A DNA stretch of 64,000 nucleotides. It comes from Podarcis gaigeae. Lineage: Eukaryota. Shown here piece by piece: positions 63,773 through 64,000 of the stretch. The stretch lies in assembly GCA_964106915.2 (NCBI GenBank), contig OZ066915.1. The stretch is one strand, 5' to 3'. The number at the start of each line of letters is the position of its first letter. Positions within the stretch are counted from its first letter, which is position 1. The position numbers and the translations under genes were made by a program. The notes under the pieces were generated by a model. That model made no database searches. It saw only the letters and a program-made list of their open reading frames with translations, and had not been told where the DNA came from.

Positions 63773-64000
63773 CTAAAAGAAAATATAGCAGCAAATGTGT
63801 CAAATGAAAAATTCTCCGTTAAACGCTATTAGCATATAAAACTAGAATAGTCCGAAAGTTTGGCAACCAGAAGAGTTCAAAAGGATGAATTCATTTTTCC
63901 AAAACCCCTGATTGATTTGTTTAGTATCACACTACCCTACAACAAAAAGCTGTCTGGGTGGCATGTCCAGTGTCTGACATTTTCTGCAAAAACCCGAAAC

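Overview
Vertebrate nuclear DNA from a squamate reptile, based on Sauria/Squam-type SINEs; a lacertid lizard is my guess, not proven. The whole window lies inside RNF123 (KPC1 E3 ubiquitin ligase, minus strand). I traced 29 consecutive, phase-compatible coding exons from 63772 to 28557. The 5' exons and the last exons (RING finger) fall outside the window. One intron of at least 28.5 kb (1-28556) carries AMIGO3 (LRR-Ig-TM, single coding exon) on the opposite strand. The rest is intronic DNA with SINEs, CR1/L2 remnants, hAT MITEs, a deleted mariner, two Penelope-like inverted fragments and microsatellites. The most notable signals are: two U12-type introns (one AT-AC, one GT-AG) and a GC-AG intron in RNF123; a minimal hammerhead ribozyme in a Penelope-like element; a SINE with an ~86-bp target-site duplication; and a candidate spliced uORF plus RNA hairpins in the AMIGO3 UTRs. 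I found no CRISPR array, rRNA or true tRNA, and I cannot support a wholly new biological system. Orthologue comparisons are from memory, not from a database search.
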